DNA of 64,000 nucleotides. It comes from an uncultured bacterium (lineage in GTDB: Bacteria; Chloroflexota; UBA5177; JANWHV01). The DNA lies in NCBI GenBank assembly GCA_963827235.1, contig CAWHAE010000012.1:1088001-1152000 (forward strand). The letters are read 5' to 3'. Under the pieces are notes generated by a model. It saw only the letters and a list, made by a program, of their open reading frames with translations. It was not told the origin of the DNA and searched no databases. Made by a program: the position numbers and the translations under genes. Shown one piece after another: positions 19,511 through 29,544 of this stretch; position 1 is the first letter of the stretch; each line of letters starts with the position of its first letter.

Positions 19511-20869
19511 TCAGGGCGTCGAGTCGGACAATTCGCCGAGCGCGAGCCAGCCCAACAGGCTGGCATCTTGTGCTTTGTTGGCGAATCCGACGGGCTTGCC
19601 ATTGGGGAGCGGGTTGGCTGCTCGCATGACGAGAGTGTAGGTGCCCGGCGCCAGGACGGGAAGGGCAAGGCGGGCGCTGAACCCGACCACAGCTCCCGGC
19701 AGCACCGTGGTCAGGCGCCAGTCTGTCGGCCAGGTGGCCAGCAGATGATGCTTGCCAACCAATCCGATGTCGATAGGCCAATCGTAGTAGAACGGCGCCG
19801 TGCCGGTATCGCGCATCTGGACACGCACAACTACCAGTCGAGTCGAGCCAGCATGCGAGAAGGAAGTCGCCGCGACGGACAGCTCGTACCCGAGGCGGCG
19901 CGACCCTTGGAGCGCCCGGGCATAGTCGGCCGGCGCCAAGCGATGGTCGAAGATCCACTGATTGAGAAGCCACGAGGCGTGGGTAGCGTCCACGGATGCG
20001 TCGAAGTCCTGTGGAGCCCTGGCGCACGACGGATCTCGCCAAATGCAGGACTGCAGCTCCGGCCGGAGCTCGCCGCCAATCGGCTCGGTGCGCCAGGCAT
20101 TCTGGAGATCGACCTGCGTGAGCAGGTCCATGAAGTTTCCGCTGCCGTTTGCGAGCGTGTCGTAGGCGAACGAGTCGTCGTGATAGCCAAGTGGGAAGAG
20201 ATGGATGGGATCGGCAGGGAAGCGCACGAGGAGCCTGGTCCGGTGAAAGGCCGAGGTGTATGACTTCAGCACCTGGTCCATCGTGGTCAGCGACGCAATC
20301 CACTCGTCGTGCGGATAGGTATGCCACTCGCCCCAGAAGCCGATGAGACCGACTTGGATAAATCCGATGCGCGGGTCGCCGTCATAGCGGCGTCCCAGCG
20401 CCAGGATAAAGGCGGCCATGGCAGCGCGCAAGCGAGGATCGTCGTAGTTTGGCGACACACTCGTGCTATTGTCGTAATCGGAGTAGGAGTGGGTCTTGAG
20501 CCCTTCGTTGAGGAGGTAGGTGGGAATGCCAGACGGCCGGCCGGGGTAGTCCAGGTAGAACCGGAATACCGCCTGATGCCCTCGCCGAGCTGTTTGGTTG
20601 AGCTGTGCATCGAGCGGGTGCCAGGTGAAGGTGCTCGGCCCCGTCATCACATCGCGCAACGGCATATAGAAGAACTCCATGCTGTGCGGGAAGGTCGGGT
20701 AGTTGCCGGCGTATGGCATGAAGCCCTTGAGGGGGTTGTCGATCGGAGCACTGGCGTACGGCATCGCCGTCCACGCGACTGCAGCGGCAGAGAGCGGCGC
20801 CGGCGACCCGACTGCCGCGACCAGCAGCACTGCTCCCAGGAGCAAGCGCGGCAATGATTTGAACGTCAT
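19511..20869 (-). CDS. Secreted DUF4874/DUF4832 glycoside-hydrolase-like protein
   Basis: GGAG RBS, signal peptide, NPLKGF, RFYLDYPG, YDGDPRIGFIQVGLIGFWGEWH, PIGGELRPE, RRLGYEL, GTAPFYYDWP. Confidence 0.85.
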   Translation of the reverse strand: MTFKSLPRLLLGAVLLVAAVGSPAPLSAAAVAWTAMPYASAPIDNPLKGFMPYAGNYPTFPHSMEFFYMPLRDVMTGPSTFTWHPLDAQLNQTARRGHQAVFRFYLDYPGRPSGIPTYLLNEGLKTHSYSDYDNSTSVSPNYDDPRLRAAMAAFILALGRRYDGDPRIGFIQVGLIGFWGEWHTYPHDEWIASLTTMDQVLKSYTSAFHRTRLLVRFPADPIHLFPLGYHDDSFAYDTLANGSGNFMDLLTQVDLQNAWRTEPIGGELRPELQSCIWRDPSCARAPQDFDASVDATHASWLLNQWIFDHRLAPADYARALQGSRRLGYELSVAATSFSHAGSTRLVVVRVQMRDTGTAPFYYDWPIDIGLVGKHHLLATWPTDWRLTTVLPGAVVGFSARLALPVLAPGTYTLVMRAANPLPNGKPVGFANKAQDASLLGWLALGELSDSTP

Positions 20870-21032
20870 TGCTTGACTCCAGCAGGCGACACAGCGGCGG
20901 GGTTGAGCTGACCAGGGCTGCGGACGAGTGCGCCCATCATCTTCCCATTCCCCGGCGGCGAGCGCCGGATGCCGAGCTTGCGGCGCGGCGGCCGGCAAGA
21001 CTGTTCGAAAGTGCGGGCCGCGCTCACTAATG

Positions 21033-21081
21033 ATACAACACGTGTTGTATGGACAATAACACAACACGTGTTGGAACGCAA
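21033..21081 (-). promoter_or_regulatory. Sigma70-type promoter of the DUF4832 gene with two palindromic operators
   Basis: -35 TTGCGT (21081-21076), 17-bp spacer, -10 TATTGT (21058-21053); CAACACGTGTTG at 21062-21073 and perfect 18-bp palindrome ATACAACACGTGTTGTAT at 21033-21050. Confidence 0.85.
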
Positions 21082-21388
21082 TGTGGCTCGATGATGATGC
21101 CACCTATGAGTCGTGCTCATGAGCGCTCTAGGACGCAAAGCCGCCATACGACACCCGGCTCGCGCAGCCAAGGTGTCGTACCTGGATCCTGTACCGAATC
21201 CAACGCTGATGCCACATACGACGGCGGACAGTTGCGACAGGGGCAGGCGGTCCCGGTAACGCGTGAGGGTGCGAACGGGGTGCTGCAGGCGACCCGCTCC
21301 GCGGGTACCCCGGCGGACCGGGGATTGTCCACGGATCTCACCCCAACCCCAACGCCGTACGCCGACGATGAATTCTTCACTGAGACGC

Positions 21389-21446
21389 TTGCGTCGCAAC
21401 ACCTGTTGTGCTATTGTGTTTGCAACACCTGTTGTAACGCCTGTTG
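21389..21446 (+). promoter_or_regulatory. Sigma70-type promoter of the LacI/ABC operon with three operator copies
   Basis: -35 TTGCGT (21389-21394), 17-bp spacer, -10 TATTGT (21412-21417); CAACACCTGTTG at 21397 and 21423, TAACGCCTGTTG at 21435. Confidence 0.85.
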
Positions 21447-21462
21447 TCGTGGGAGGGCGGAC

Positions 21463-22548
21463 ATGGCAACGATCAAAGACGTGGCCCGGTTAGCCGGTGT
21501 GACGCATACGACGGTGTCGCATGCGCTGAGCGGGAAGCGCCCCGTGGCGCCTGCCACTCGCGAGGCGATTCTGGCGGCAGTCCGCCAGCTCGACTACCAT
21601 CCGAATGCGAACGCCCTCAGCCTCACTGCCCGCCGCACGCAGCGGGTCTGCCTGTCGGTACCACTCGACGCGCCACATCGCTCGCTCTCGAAAGGCCCAA
21701 CTTTCGACTTCATCGCAGCAGTAGGCGATCGGCTGAGCTACCATGGCTACACGCTGGTGTGCGAGATCTCACATGGGCTGGACGCAGCCGGCGTGGTCGA
21801 TCTGGTGCGAGCCAGTCATGTCGACGGCACATTGCTCCTGGGTACACAGCTTACCGATCCGCGCGTCGAGGCGTTGCGCAAGGAGCGGGCGCCGTTCGTG
21901 ACCTTTGGACGCACGCGCAGGCCCTCGGACTTCGTGCGCGTCGACGCGGACGCCGCGGGCGCCGCGATCCTTGCCACGCAGCACCTGTTCGAGCTCGGCC
22001 ATCGGCACATCGCGCTCATCCTTCCCACGCTGCCCGGCGGCGAGCCGGCCCTCGGCAGCCATTTCCATGCCCTGGCCGGGTTCAGGCGCGCGCACCGAGC
22101 GTTCGGCCTACCCCTGCGTCGAAGCCAAATCCTCACCTATGACCTGGCCGAAGGCCTGGGCGGGCGCATCGCCCCGCTCATTGACGGCACGCTCGGCGTA
22201 AGCGCGGTGATCGCGGCCGGCAACGACCTGGAAGCGGTCTCGGTGCTTCGCGCCTTATCTGAACACGGGCGACGCGTGCCGGAGGACATTTCGGTGGTCG
22301 GCCTGGTCGATTCGCCGTTAACGCAACTGGCACAGCCCTCGATCACCGTCACCGATCTGCCGGTAAACGAGATGTGCACACGTGCCGTCGACCTGCTGAT
22401 CGACCTCATCGAGGGACGCAGGCCGCGGCAATTGGAACACATCCTGCCTGTGAAGCTGCTGGTACGTCCGAGCACCGCGCGGATCGGCCCGGCGCTCGTG
22501 CCTCTTCCGGTCGACCACGACGATCAGCACGTACCCGTGCCGCGGTAG
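21463..22548 (+). CDS. LacI-family transcriptional regulator
   Basis: MATIKDVARLAGVTHTTVSHALSG...LDYHPNANA; GHRHIALI; VPEDISVVG; GGGAGG RBS. Confidence 0.96.
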   Translation: MATIKDVARLAGVTHTTVSHALSGKRPVAPATREAILAAVRQLDYHPNANALSLTARRTQRVCLSVPLDAPHRSLSKGPTFDFIAAVGDRLSYHGYTLVCEISHGLDAAGVVDLVRASHVDGTLLLGTQLTDPRVEALRKERAPFVTFGRTRRPSDFVRVDADAAGAAILATQHLFELGHRHIALILPTLPGGEPALGSHFHALAGFRRAHRAFGLPLRRSQILTYDLAEGLGGRIAPLIDGTLGVSAVIAAGNDLEAVSVLRALSEHGRRVPEDISVVGLVDSPLTQLAQPSITVTDLPVNEMCTRAVDLLIDLIEGRRPRQLEHILPVKLLVRPSTARIGPALVPLPVDHDDQHVPVPR

Positions 22549-22790
22549 CGGCAGGCGCGTTTCGAGCCCCGGGCCGGGGCACATTGCGTGTTCGAAGAAA
22601 GGAGGGGCCGCAAGACACAGACTTTGGTGGCAGCCGTCTCGCCGTCCTCGAACCTGTCAGCGCCGTGGACGGTACCGTCTCGCTCAGGCAAAGCAGTCCT
22701 TCGCGGCCCCGGTATGGTCATTGTGCAGGCCGGCCGATAGCCGAGGCAACATCGACGTCGTCAACCGAGCATGAAGGGGATCTTCTCACG

Positions 22791-24161
22791 ATGAAGTATC
22801 TTGATCGACCGTTCAGCCGTCGTCGCTTTCTCGCCACGTCAGCCGCTGCCGCGGCAGCCGCTGCTGCGTCCCGGCTTGGCCCCGTCGAGCCCGTCAGCGC
22901 CGCCCGTAGCGCCGACCAGACGACGGTCACGCTCATGTACGGGTCCGGCGACTTCACGCCCGCCAACAAGGCGGAGTTCCTGAAGCTGAACCCGGACATC
23001 AACCTGAAACAGCTCGAGTTCAACCAGACCACGCTCAACGCCATGTTCGCGGCCGGCAGCCCGCCAGACATCATCCTGGCGCACGTTTATGACATTCCCG
23101 CCTACGTGCTCAAGAACCAGATTGCCGACATCACGCCCTACCTGCAAAAGAGCACGGCGATCAAGATGAGCGACCTGGCGGTCGTGAACAACGCCTATCG
23201 CTTCGACGCGAAGAGTCTGACCCTGGGATCGGGTCCTTACTACGGCATCGCCAAGGACTGGTCGCAGGACGGGACCATGTGGTACAACGCGGCGCTGTTC
23301 AAGGCAGCCGGCGTGCCCATGCCCAACCTGGCCACGGCGCCGAACATCAGCGACCTGCTGCCGCTGGCCACCAAACTGACCACGCGGGCCAAGGGCGCCA
23401 TCCAAACATACGGCATGGATCTGGCCTGGACGTGGACACACACGTACCGCCACATTCTGCACCTCATGGACACCACCGGGTCGTCGTTCTTCAGCGCGGA
23501 CGGCACCACAAGCGACTGGACAGCCAAGGATGCCACGACGGTTCTGCAGTTCATCGTCGATTGGGGCAAGGCCAATGTCGGACCCGGCCCGCTGACCATG
23601 GATGCCTCATCACCGGCCGCCATCTACGCGGGTGGGCGATCCGCCATGCTGATGGAAGGGTACTGGATCCAGGGCCAGCTCCTCACCTCCGGCGCCAACG
23701 GCGGCCCGGTCAAGAACCTGGGCAATTACGTGCTCGGCCCGGCGCCTGTGCTCGGCAGCAACCGCGTCAGTGAGACCTATTTCTCGCAGGGATTCGTGAT
23801 GGCGAGCGCCTCGAAGGTCAAGGACGCCGCCTGGAAGCTGGTTGAGTACTACTTCGGACCCGTGGGCGGTGCTGAGCGCGCCAAGATCGGCTGGGGCATC
23901 CCGGCACTCAAGTCCGTCTTCGGCGGGATGCCCCACACCGGACCGTCCGCCGAGATCTACCGCGCCATGCAGAGCGAGCAGAAGTACTTCAAGGTAATGC
24001 CCTATACGCCGTTTGCCAGCCAGGACGCCATGGCCACCATCGTGCAGGGCGAGCTGACGAAGGTCGTGCAGGGCCAGGAGAGCCTGAGCGCGGCGCAGTC
24101 GAACATGACCAGGCAGATCAACAGGCTGCTGAAGGCCGGCAAGGCCTCACTGGTAGGCTAA
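22791..24161 (+). CDS. Sugar ABC transporter substrate-binding protein, Tat-exported
   Basis: FSRRRFLA twin-arginine signal; AAGSPPDI, MWYNAALFKAAGV, KDAAWKLVEY. Confidence 0.93.
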   Translation: MKYLDRPFSRRRFLATSAAAAAAAAASRLGPVEPVSAARSADQTTVTLMYGSGDFTPANKAEFLKLNPDINLKQLEFNQTTLNAMFAAGSPPDIILAHVYDIPAYVLKNQIADITPYLQKSTAIKMSDLAVVNNAYRFDAKSLTLGSGPYYGIAKDWSQDGTMWYNAALFKAAGVPMPNLATAPNISDLLPLATKLTTRAKGAIQTYGMDLAWTWTHTYRHILHLMDTTGSSFFSADGTTSDWTAKDATTVLQFIVDWGKANVGPGPLTMDASSPAAIYAGGRSAMLMEGYWIQGQLLTSGANGGPVKNLGNYVLGPAPVLGSNRVSETYFSQGFVMASASKVKDAAWKLVEYYFGPVGGAERAKIGWGIPALKSVFGGMPHTGPSAEIYRAMQSEQKYFKVMPYTPFASQDAMATIVQGELTKVVQGQESLSAAQSNMTRQINRLLKAGKASLVG

Positions 24162-24219
24162 GGACGCTACTACCGCCCCCGGCGAGGCGCCGTCTGCGCG
24201 GCGTCCCGCCAGGGGCTGG

Positions 24220-25257
24220 GTGGACGGCGCCACAAGCGAGCAGGGAGGGTCGACCGCCGTGGCAGTGTTACCGGCAAAGCGTCGCGCATCTGGATCTCCG
24301 GCCGAGCTGCCGGCTCAGCGCAGGGCATGGAGGCGCTACCCCTGGTATACGTTCTACCTGTTCCTGGCTCCCTGGCTCGTGGTGGGCTTCCTGCTGCTCA
24401 CCGTGGTGCCGATGGCGGTCAACCTGGTCGTCAGCTTCCTGAGCTGGGACGGCCAATGGGGCACGCACGTGCGCTATGTCGGCCTGGACAACTACACGAC
24501 CGCGCTAAGCGACCCCGACATGCTGCACAGTCTCCGGCAAACGCTGATCTACACGGCGATCACCGTTTCGGCGGGAGTAGCAGGAAGCCTGGGCCTTGCG
24601 GTGTTCCTGAACCAGCCCCGACGGGGTGTCACCGTGTTTCGTACCATCTTCTACCTGCCGGCGGTGGTGTCGATCGTCGCGGCGGGAGCCGCGTTCAAGC
24701 TGTTGTTCAACAGTCCCAACGGCCTGGTCGACAGCATCTTGATGCAGTCGGGCGGCAATGCCGTCCAGTGGCTGAGCGATCAGCACGCGTTCTACGCGCT
24801 GATTACCATGTCGCTATGGAGCCTGGGAGTGGGCATCGTGATCTTTCTGGCCGGGCTGCAGGGAATATCGCAGGAGGTGCTCGAGGCAGCCTGGGTCGAC
24901 GGATCCAGCAAGTTCCAGACGTTCTGGCGGATCACCGTGCCGCTGCTCAGTCCGGTGATCCTGTTTCAAGTGGTGACCGGCGTGATCGGCTCACTGCAAG
25001 CATACGTACAGGCCATCGCTCTCACACCCGGGAGCATTTCCGGCGGCGGTGGAGGCGGCGTCAGCTCGGGCACGCCGCCGGACAGCAATACGTTGTTCAT
25101 GGTGTATGCCTTTCAGCAGTTCAATGCGAATCAGCTGTTCGGCTATGGCTGTGCGCTGCTGGAGATCGCGTTTGTCGTCATCCTGGTGATCACGATCGCA
25201 ATCTTCCGTACCAGCGCGCGCTGGGTCTACTACGAGACCGCGCAGGGTGGGCTGTGA
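24220..25257 (+). CDS. Carbohydrate ABC transporter permease (MalF/UgpA-like)
   Basis: YVGLDNY, FRTIFYLP, EAA loop LAGLQGISQEVLEAAWVDG. Confidence 0.95.
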   Translation: MDGATSEQGGSTAVAVLPAKRRASGSPAELPAQRRAWRRYPWYTFYLFLAPWLVVGFLLLTVVPMAVNLVVSFLSWDGQWGTHVRYVGLDNYTTALSDPDMLHSLRQTLIYTAITVSAGVAGSLGLAVFLNQPRRGVTVFRTIFYLPAVVSIVAAGAAFKLLFNSPNGLVDSILMQSGGNAVQWLSDQHAFYALITMSLWSLGVGIVIFLAGLQGISQEVLEAAWVDGSSKFQTFWRITVPLLSPVILFQVVTGVIGSLQAYVQAIALTPGSISGGGGGGVSSGTPPDSNTLFMVYAFQQFNANQLFGYGCALLEIAFVVILVITIAIFRTSARWVYYETAQGGL

Positions 25258-25258
25258 C

Positions 25259-26149
25259 ATGGCACTGAACGTGCAGCCGCATGCCTCACGCACGGCGGCG
25301 TATCACCGCCGGCTGAAGCCGGGGACCATCATCTGGTACGCGGCTGCCGTGGCCATGGCCGCGGTCTTCCTGACACCGTTCGCGTGGCTCTTCATCAGTA
25401 TTCTGCGGACCCCAACCGAGATGGCAGCATTCCAACCGGAATTCTGGCCGATGCATCCGCAGTGGCACTACTTTCAGGACGCCCTGACCTGGCAGTTCCT
25501 GCCGGCCAGCTTCTGGTCCATTGCCTGGAACTCGGTGCGGCTCTCGCTCTGGTACTCGGTGCTGGTGGTGATCACCTCGGCCATGACCGGATTCGCGTTT
25601 GCCCGTTTGAAGGGCCCGGGCAAGAAACTGCTGTTCGGTGTCATGCTGAGCACGATGATGATTCCGGGGATCATCTACGTGTATCCTCTGTTCATCCTGT
25701 ACTCCAAGCTCGGCTTCATCTACACCGACAAGCCGTGGATCCTGGGTGGCTTGGGGGCCAGCGCCTACTTGAGCTTTCTGTACCGGCAGTTCTTCTCGTC
25801 CATTCCGCTCGAGCTGGAGGATGCGGCGATCGTCGATGGCTGCGGGTACTGGCGGATGTTCTTCCAGATCTTTCTGCCGCTCTCGAAGCCGGCAGTGGCG
25901 ACCGCGGCCATCTTCTCCTTTCAGTACGTGTGGAACGACTTCATCATGCCGTCGATCTATCTGCGTCCGGATCAGACGACCCTGGCCTGGATCATCGGCG
26001 GCGGCAGCTATACCGACCAGAACGGCAATCCGATTCTCGAGCTGCTGGCGGCCGGTGCTTTCTTCTACATCGTGCCCGTCCTAGCGCTTTTCTTCGTGGC
26101 GCAACGGTTCTTCATCTCCGGCCAGCTGGCAGGCGGGTTGAAGGGATGA
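25259..26149 (+). CDS. Carbohydrate ABC transporter permease (MalG/UgpE-like)
   Basis: RQFFSSIPLELEDAAIVDG...IFLPLSKP...WNDF. Confidence 0.95.
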   Translation: MALNVQPHASRTAAYHRRLKPGTIIWYAAAVAMAAVFLTPFAWLFISILRTPTEMAAFQPEFWPMHPQWHYFQDALTWQFLPASFWSIAWNSVRLSLWYSVLVVITSAMTGFAFARLKGPGKKLLFGVMLSTMMIPGIIYVYPLFILYSKLGFIYTDKPWILGGLGASAYLSFLYRQFFSSIPLELEDAAIVDGCGYWRMFFQIFLPLSKPAVATAAIFSFQYVWNDFIMPSIYLRPDQTTLAWIIGGGSYTDQNGNPILELLAAGAFFYIVPVLALFFVAQRFFISGQLAGGLKG

Positions 26150-27708
26150 GCTACTATGCGCTCACGCTGGACCTGCTGCCCGGTGAGCGGTGGTGGGGCG
26201 GCGCTGCAGCGGACGGCAGCCTGATGCCGTTCGGGCAGCGCTGCCACGAACGCGACCTCTCACGAGATCTGGGGATGAACCAGGGCATGCCGCTGCTTAT
26301 CTCCAACAAGGGCAGGGCCGTGTGGAGCGACGAATCCTTCAACTTCGCTTTCCAGAACGGCGTGCTGTGCGTGGATGGCGCCATCGCGCCCGTGATGATG
26401 GAATCGAGCCCGCACGGCTTGCCCGGTATCTTTCGACGGATGTCGCACGCGCACTTTGCCCCCAGCGGCACCAGGCCCGATGCAGCCCTCTTTACCGCCC
26501 CGCAGTACAACACCTGGATCGAGATGCTGTACGAACCGACGCAGGCGAAAGTGGTGGCGTATGCCGAGCAAATCCTCGCACATGACCTGCCGCCGGGAGT
26601 GCTGATTATCGACGACAACTGGCACGAGGCCTACGGCACATTCAGCTTCCATCCCGGGCGGTTCCCACGGCCCGCGGCAATGATCGACCGCATTCACGAT
26701 CTCGGCTTCAAGGCCACAGTGTGGGTGTCGCCGTTTGTGAGCCCCGACAGCAGCGCCTTCCGATCGCTCCAGCGTGCCGGCTACCTGGTGAGGGACAGTG
26801 ACGGTCAGGTCGCCATCCGGGAGTGGTGGAATGGCCACAGTGCCGTGCTGGACTGCACGAACGACGGCTGCGTGGCCTGGCTGCACGAGCAGCTCGACAG
26901 ACTGATGGGTACGTGTGGAATAGACGGCTTCAAGCTCGACGGCGGCGACGTCGCCTACTATCGCGGGGACGACGTCACGGCCCGGCCGTCCAGCCCAACC
27001 GGACAGTGCGAGGCCTGGGCGGCGGTAGGCCTGCGCTACGCGATCAACGAATATCGCGCCGGATGGAGGATGGGAGGGCAGCCGCTGGTGCAGCGTTTGA
27101 AGGACAAGCGCCGGCACTGGGGAGAGAACGGTCTGGCGTCCTTGATTCCCGACGGCCTGGCACTCGGATTGCTCGGCTACGCCTATTGCTGCCCCGACAT
27201 GATCGGCGGAGGCGAGCAGCAGGATGTCGCGGGGGCGACCGAGATCGATACCGAGCTATTCGTGCGGTATGCCCAATGCGCGGCGCTTTTCCCGATGATG
27301 CAGTTCTCGACCGCTCCGTGGGGCGTGCTCGACGCAGCGCAGTTGGAGATATGCCGCCGGGCAGCGCACCTGCACGTGCGGCTGGGCCCGGAGATCGTGG
27401 CCCTGGCGGAGCACGCGGCCAAGACCGGCGAGCCGATCATGCGCCATCTTGCCTATGTCTATCCCGACGGCGGATTCGAGGACGTGCGGGATCAATTCCT
27501 GCTGGGCGACAACATCCTCGCAGCACCCGTGCTCGAGCAAGGCGCGACATCGCGCTTGATCTCATTTCCAACCGGAACCTGGCTCGGCGATGACGGCAGC
27601 CTGGTGACCGGCCCGACGCAGCAGCGCGTGCTCGCGCCACTGGATCGCGTGCCCTTCTATCTGCGAGCCGGTTATGAGAATGTGCTGTCTGTGGTGCAAG
27701 CGGGCTGA
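26146..27708 (+). CDS. Glycoside hydrolase family 31 protein
   Basis: ATGA overlap with the permease stop; PQYNTWIE, IIDDNW, nucleophile motif DGFKLDGGD, acid/base PDMIGGG, PMMQFS, DQFLLG. Confidence 0.93.
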   Translation: MSYYALTLDLLPGERWWGGAAADGSLMPFGQRCHERDLSRDLGMNQGMPLLISNKGRAVWSDESFNFAFQNGVLCVDGAIAPVMMESSPHGLPGIFRRMSHAHFAPSGTRPDAALFTAPQYNTWIEMLYEPTQAKVVAYAEQILAHDLPPGVLIIDDNWHEAYGTFSFHPGRFPRPAAMIDRIHDLGFKATVWVSPFVSPDSSAFRSLQRAGYLVRDSDGQVAIREWWNGHSAVLDCTNDGCVAWLHEQLDRLMGTCGIDGFKLDGGDVAYYRGDDVTARPSSPTGQCEAWAAVGLRYAINEYRAGWRMGGQPLVQRLKDKRRHWGENGLASLIPDGLALGLLGYAYCCPDMIGGGEQQDVAGATEIDTELFVRYAQCAALFPMMQFSTAPWGVLDAAQLEICRRAAHLHVRLGPEIVALAEHAAKTGEPIMRHLAYVYPDGGFEDVRDQFLLGDNILAAPVLEQGATSRLISFPTGTWLGDDGSLVTGPTQQRVLAPLDRVPFYLRAGYENVLSVVQAG

Positions 27709-27976
27709 CCGCTCAGGCCAGTTCGGCGAGCCGCACCGCGTTGAGCGGCACCTGGGAGTAATGCCTCACGCGGTAGTACGCGACGAGGCCCACCGTGCCG
27801 CTCAACGCGGTTAGGAGCAGGCGCTTGAGTGCCAAGCCGCTGAGGGTCACCGTCGTCTCTCGCGTGCCGAACCTGACGAGCGTCTGGATCCGAGCGCTAT
27901 GCGAGACCTCGGCGCTGCGTTGACGGCCCAGTGAGACCCTAAGGAGCCCTGGGGCCGGGACCAGCAGGAGCCGAGG

Positions 27977-28400
27977 ATGGCCTGGTATCGCGAGATATTC
28001 TCCTACCAATTGCGCCACCTGGAGCGGCCCACGGCCCGCTTCGCTACCGAGTTCATTGGCGATGGGATGCCCGGAGAACACCGCGTGGACCCATATCGCA
28101 ACCTCTGCCAGAACATCGCGATGGTCTTTACGGCCCACCGGATCATTCGTCGGATTGCGGAATCCACTTGGTTTCAACGAGTGGCAGGGGGTCACGGTTC
28201 CGAATGCCGCGCGCTTGGGAACTCGGACGGGCCGAGGTACTCTGGGGTATTCCTGGACTCAGTGTGCATCCTCACCGTCGTGGCCCTCGCGGCTATGTTG
28301 AAGAGCTGGTATCCAAGCTCGTTCTCGTAGGCGCGGTGCCTGCTGCCAATCGCCCCATTGCCAGGGGGCGGATACGACAAGCGGAGTGAAATCGCCGGGG
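27977..28400 (+). pseudogene. Fatty-acid-desaturase-like (MocD-like) remnant
   Basis: Degenerate segment ending LTVVALAAMLKSWYP / LVLVGAVP directly before a Rieske + reductase pair; His boxes not visible. Confidence 0.4.
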
Positions 28401-28408
28401 AGAGAAGA

Positions 28409-28725
28409 ATGACCTGGGTGGCTATAGCCAATGCCGACGACATCGACCTTGAGGAGGTTATCGAGGTCACTCACGCGGACAAGGTGCTTGCCATCTACCA
28501 TGGGTGGGCCGGTTCTTCTGCACGGACGGTATCTGCACGCACGAACACGCTCATCTCGCCGACGGCGTCGTGCTGGGCAACATCATCGAGTGTCCAGGGC
28601 ACCAGGGCCGGTTCGACGTGCGCACCGGTGATGCCAAGGGGCCACCGGCGCACATTACGCTGCGGGCGTACGCAAGTCGTGTCGAGGACGGCAAGGTCTA
28701 CGTCAATATCGAGTCCCCACGATGA
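28409..28725 (+). pseudogene. Rieske 2Fe-2S ferredoxin (MocE-like), frameshifted at about 28503
   Basis: MTWVAIANADDIDLEEVI..., then in a shifted frame FCTDGICTHEHAHLADG...IECPGHQGRFDVRTG. Confidence 0.85.
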
Positions 28726-29090
28726 AGCGACGCGTCGTCATCGTCGGCGGCGGCATGGCTTCTGCATCGATAGCAGTCTCGCTGCGCCGCTACGGATTTG
28801 ATGACGACGTCACGCTGGTGAGCGAGGAGCCGTGCGTACCCTACGAGAGACCACCCCTTTCGAAGGCATACTTACGCGGCGACGCTACCTTCGACAAGCT
28901 TGTCGCGCCAACCCGAATTCTTCCAGAACACGCTCTTGACTGTCTACTGGACGTTCGCGCAATTGGTGGTGATGTCTCCGCCCGACAGGTGACCTATCGA
29001 CTGGCCAGGCGCTCAAGTATGACGTCCTGGCTCTTGCCACGGGCGTGCGCAACCGCCGGTTGGCCGTGCCGGAGGGCGGATTTGAGATTT
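28722..29090 (+). pseudogene. Ferredoxin reductase (MocF-like) N-terminal fragment
   Basis: VVIVGGGMAS...PYERPPLSKAYL, frameshift at about 29000 to YDVLALATGVRNRRL, then truncated. Confidence 0.85.
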
Positions 29091-29544
29091 GTGATCTCCC
29101 ACAGGCAAGATCAAGCGGAACGCGGCTGACAGAGAGACACGTCCCCCAGAGGCCCTTGCCTTTGCCCCGAGGCTTGCCGCTGGATTGGATACGGGAGTGG
29201 CATTGCGGCGCCGTCGGTGAGGGCAGGGTCTGGTCTGACGGTGTTGGTGCCGGTGGCACCGTGTGGCTGACCGATAGCGTCTGCGGAGCCTCGTGCGCAG
29301 CGGTGCGGCCGCCGTGCCCAGGGCGGTGCTGTCCATAGACGACCTCCTGCCAGGGACGCGGGGCACCCTGTGGTTGATCGAGAACGACTTTGGACGGGCC
29401 GCGATCGACCTGCAGCCATCCACGGGGCGCCTTCAAGCAGGCGATGCCTGCACTCGCTATACTCACGCGGAGGAGGAGTTTGCCATGATCGCCACCAAAC
29501 ACCGCCCTGCCATCTGTGCCCGCGGAAAGGTCGGGTAACGGCCA

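Noticed and set aside
21049-21462. Long N-terminal extension of LacI with a Cys-rich CYCVCNTCCNACC segment
   Set aside because: It is the translation of the operator repeats; the real start is ATG at 21463 with a GGGAGG RBS.
22560-22790. Possible riboswitch before the sugar-binding protein (CTCAGGCAAA; ggggccgc/gcggcccc stem)
   Set aside because: The other glycine-riboswitch core motifs (GGAGA, CCGAAG) are missing, and a single GC stem is expected by chance.
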